In this document: positions 62,403-64,000 of the stretch, piece after piece
Numbering within the stretch: position 1 is the first letter of the stretch
How the letters are laid out: each line of letters opens with the position of its first letter
From: an uncultured Pelagibacteraceae bacterium
GTDB taxonomy: Bacteria; Pseudomonadota; Alphaproteobacteria; Pelagibacterales; Pelagibacteraceae
Reading direction: 5' to 3'
DNA length: 64,000 nucleotides
Assembly: GCA_902563075.1 (NCBI GenBank)
Contig: CACEWC010000003.1
Span: forward strand, 1,324 to 65,323
Translations under genes and position numbers: made by a program
Notes under the pieces: model-generated
What the model was told of the DNA's origin: nothing
The model's input: only the letters and a program-made list of their open reading frames with translations
Databases searched by the model: none

Positions 62403-64000
62403 TACAATATTGTTTTATTACCAAGTGATTTATCAATAATATACTTTGTAGTTTTTAACTCGTTAAATAAATCAAAATATTTTTTTTTACCATTTTTTGC
62501 TACTTTAATTCTGGATTTATCATTTTTTTTATAGAATTTGATTTTATCTGATAAATCATTAATTCCTTTGTAAAAAATTATTTCATTATTGTTGAAGAAA
62601 TCATTCATTTGTGTTTTTTTATCAATAAAAGTTAATAAGCCATTTCCCATCAAAGAAGCAATTCTATTGCTAGAATAATATTTAGTTGGCAAACCACGAC
62701 TTAAGTTTAATCCCATCTTTGAATTTACAAGAGCTTTATAAAAATTATCACCCCATATTGGCTCTTTATTTGCAAAACCGTAAAAATCATAATTTATATT
62801 GTCAATTTTTTTAATTAAATTATTTAAAAAATTAATTCTGCTGTCAGTTTTACCTTTTTTTAATTTTGCTCTATTAACACCATGGCTCATAGCATAAAAT
62901 ATGTCCTTAGTAGGATTTAATTTATAAACATCAAAACATTCTATATTACGATCAACAGGTACAAAGAAAAAATGTAAATTTTTGATTTTAGCGTTTTGCT
63001 TTTTAAATACACTTGGATCAGTCGTAATAAAATTGTGATCCACATTATTCGCATAATAAGAAATATTTTTAATATTTGTTTTAGAATAATCTAAACTCGG
63101 CATTATAGGATCTTCATTCCATTGTGAGATAATTAAAGTTTTATTAATAGATCTGAATTGATCAATAGTATCTAATTCAAGATTTTTTGTATGTCCAAAA
63201 AATAAAAAATCTGGATTATAGTTTTTAAATGTTTCAATTAAAAATTTCTGAAATTTATTAGAACTATTTTCAAATGAAAAATTTCTGTTTTGCCTTATGA
63301 AGTCTCTATCACTAATTTCTAAAACATCATGACCATTTCTAATAAATCCATTTGTAAATTTTTTTCCAAGGGAGATGTTGTACAATCGATGATTCAACTT
63401 TTGTCCAGTGTTGTAAATATTAATAATTCGTAACTTATTACGTACGAAATTTAGATTAAATTTTTGAACACAGTTTTCTCTGATTTTATCAATAAATTTT
63501 GAATTATCCTTAATAAGATGTTTTACATTTCTAAAACCTTTTTGCTGAATTTTTTTTCGATATTCAGTATTTTGAATTAATTTCTTTATTTTTAAATATA
63601 GGTTATGTGAATCTAGTTTTTTTAAAATTACACAATGGTCAGTAGTTTCAGGCAATCCTCCCCTATTAGAAATTATTGTAGCACATGCTCTAGAAGAAGA
63701 TTCTAATGCTGTCCTTCCAAATGGTTCTTCCCAGCGTGAAGGTACGACGGCTATCTCAGATTTATTTAAAAATTCAAGAACTTTTCTGTGTTTAAGAAAT
63801 CCTAATTCAAAATGATTCTCATGATTTATTATTGGTCTGCTTCTGCTTTCGTCACCAATGGAATATGCTTTCCAATCTTTAAATTCATTCAATATTTTTA
63901 TAACCGCGCCTTTATAAATGTCATAGCCTTTTGACTCATTTAGTTTACCAACAAAAGTTATTTTTTTTTCTTTTCTAAATATTCTCTTTTCTTTATGTAT
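62399..64000 (-). CDS. Fused glycosyltransferase (GT4 domain plus CgeB/Glyco_trans_1_2-like domain), 5'-truncated by window edge
   Basis: Frame open to 64000 (ITFVGKLNESKG); VPSRWEEPFGRTALE, SNRGGLPE; second domain SKMGLNLSRG, YSSNRI. Confidence 0.85.
   Translation of the reverse strand: MHKEKRIFRKEKKITFVGKLNESKGYDIYKGAVIKILNEFKDWKAYSIGDESRSRPIINHENHFELGFLKHRKVLEFLNKSEIAVVPSRWEEPFGRTALESSSRACATIISNRGGLPETTDHCVILKKLDSHNLYLKIKKLIQNTEYRKKIQQKGFRNVKHLIKDNSKFIDKIRENCVQKFNLNFVRNKLRIINIYNTGQKLNHRLYNISLGKKFTNGFIRNGHDVLEISDRDFIRQNRNFSFENSSNKFQKFLIETFKNYNPDFLFFGHTKNLELDTIDQFRSINKTLIISQWNEDPIMPSLDYSKTNIKNISYYANNVDHNFITTDPSVFKKQNAKIKNLHFFFVPVDRNIECFDVYKLNPTKDIFYAMSHGVNRAKLKKGKTDSRINFLNNLIKKIDNINYDFYGFANKEPIWGDNFYKALVNSKMGLNLSRGLPTKYYSSNRIASLMGNGLLTFIDKKTQMNDFFNNNEIIFYKGINDLSDKIKFYKKNDKSRIKVAKNGKKKYFDLFNELKTTKYIIDKSLGNKTILY

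Noticed and set aside
1-64000. CRISPR arrays, IS elements, rRNA genes, retron or reverse transcriptase genes
   Set aside because: No regularly spaced repeats, transposase, RT motifs or rRNA-like sequence seen by eye.

Overview
A very AT-rich, densely packed alphaproteobacterial chromosome segment. Gene content, overlapping genes with near-zero spacers, a SAM-V riboswitch, soxBDAG and hppA point to SAR11/Pelagibacterales (inference). About 59 kb is housekeeping: the end of the alpha r-protein operon, topA/pyr, gatCAB, soxBDAG with an ATPase-less ABC pair, tRNA-Ser(GCT), dapA-smpB-folK-rel-pyrE-pdxJ-acpS-lepB-rnc-recO, glyA-nrdR-rib-nusB-thiL, hppA, rpmF-plsX-ihfA, metY under a tandem SAM-II/SAM-V riboswitch, and rplM-rpsI-argC-hom. 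The ORF track misses a frameshifted nusB, a 53-aa lipoprotein and a 58-aa membrane protein. The most interesting stretch is 59.2-61.6 kb. It holds a 551-bp AT-rich gap with a perfect 22-bp palindrome, a minimal ogt preceded by a five-hairpin structured RNA, and a stand-alone Cre-like tyrosine recombinase whose start codon is preceded by a lox-like 14-7-14 inverted repeat. All calls come from reading the sequence and recognising protein motifs; no searches were run.
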